Assembly (NCBI GenBank): GCA_964016885.1 | Contig: OZ024754.1 | Span: 17,856,001 to 17,920,000 of the forward strand | Direction: 5' to 3' | Source: Eledone cirrhosa | Lineage: Eukaryota | Length of the DNA: 64,000 nucleotides | Shown here: piece after piece, positions 63,183-64,000 of the stretch | Position numbering within the stretch: the first letter of the stretch is position 1 | Layout of the letters: each line of letters opens with the position of its first letter | Program-made: the position numbers and the translations under genes | Notes under the pieces: generated by a model | What the model was told of the DNA's origin: nothing | Seen by the model: only the letters and a program-made list of their open reading frames with translations | The model's database searches: none

Positions 63183-64000
63183 CTGAAAACAGAAAATCAA
63201 AATTGTTTAAGCCCTTCGTTAGCAAACATCTAATGAAATACACTGTATTAATTAAGCCTCTCATTAGCAAATTCCTAATGAAATACACTGTATTAATTAA
63301 GCCTCTCGTTATCAAACTCCTAATGAAATACACTGTATTAACCCTTCTTAATGGCAACCACACTGTGAACTGAGAGCTTTTTTCATAACACCACCACTAC
63401 CACTTTATAGGGTGGACTGGGTGCTTTTTGTCATGGCACTAGCAGTGTAGGAGAACAAGTCTGGAGTGTGTCTGGCTTTCCATACATGCATGGGAGTGTA
63501 TCGGGTGTGGAGGTAAAAGGAATTAATTCCAATCATTGTTAAACATCTATTTTCTATGCCCACCTGAGCTGTCATGGTCTGCGACTAGACCAGACAGGAG
63601 ACCACAGACATAAAGGTAGTTTTGGGCAGGTTGATAACAAAAGGCTTAACTAACATTCATCATATACATAACCTTTGATGAGTTGTAGTGCACCTGAGCA
63701 CTGTACACAATAATTTCATTATTATTATTATTATAATTCCATAAACCTTTTATTGGGGTAACGATGGTTGAATATTCTTGCTTGTATTTTTATTGTGTTC
63801 TTACACACAATATACACACACCCCCTTACAAACACAATATATATACATAACCATCCTACATATACATGCATATCTGTAGTGACCTATATTCCGTGGGCTC
63901 ATATACATTCTTTGTGCGTGATTTGGCTCAGCTCAGCCAATCAGCGCCAGCAAAAGAGAATGTATCCCTACGCGCCCTGAGGGAAAAATTCCCGCGTGAA

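Noticed and set aside
63920-64000. CCAAT and TTCCCGC (E2F-like) motifs suggesting a cell-cycle promoter
   Set aside because: These are short motifs at the window edge, and the nearest exon begins mid-codon at a splice acceptor, so this appears intronic. It cannot be evaluated without adjacent sequence.

Overview
AT-rich, microsatellite-laden animal DNA. The SINE and MITE repertoire suggests an octopod cephalopod (inference). The only host gene is a large minus-strand, intron-rich NuMA/Mud/LIN-5-family spindle gene whose 5' end lies beyond the window. I reconstructed 14 coding exons between 63182 and ~21555 (about 1,800 codons, including one 3.4-kb coiled-coil exon), with consistent GT-AG phases through the exon ending at 27464; the frame of the terminal exon is ambiguous. 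The tail has the LGN-binding/NLM motif (CEDEPNMYDWGRLSEIKRRN..VPAHLRSTYPAE) and the RxSxAFxIxxTPK motif. The rest is decayed mobile DNA: Penelope-like elements, Tx1, RTE/RTE-X LINEs, Gypsy elements and solo LTRs, hAT, Chapaev3, piggyBac with its MITEs, Helitrons, tRNA-derived SINEs and four large minisatellites. The most striking pattern is in the first 18 kb. Six sequence-unrelated Penelope-like 3' ends carry intact or decayed hammerhead ribozymes next to (TA)n tracts, and several are folded back into near-perfect palindromes. Two palindromes turn at the ribozyme, and two carry inverted copies of flanking DNA. Other notable items are a Gypsy family with a non-canonical right end and one-ended-integration-like footprints, a hAT transposase split by an inversion, and two minisatellites amplified from the same SINE segment. 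All calls come from reading the sequence by eye; no searches were run.
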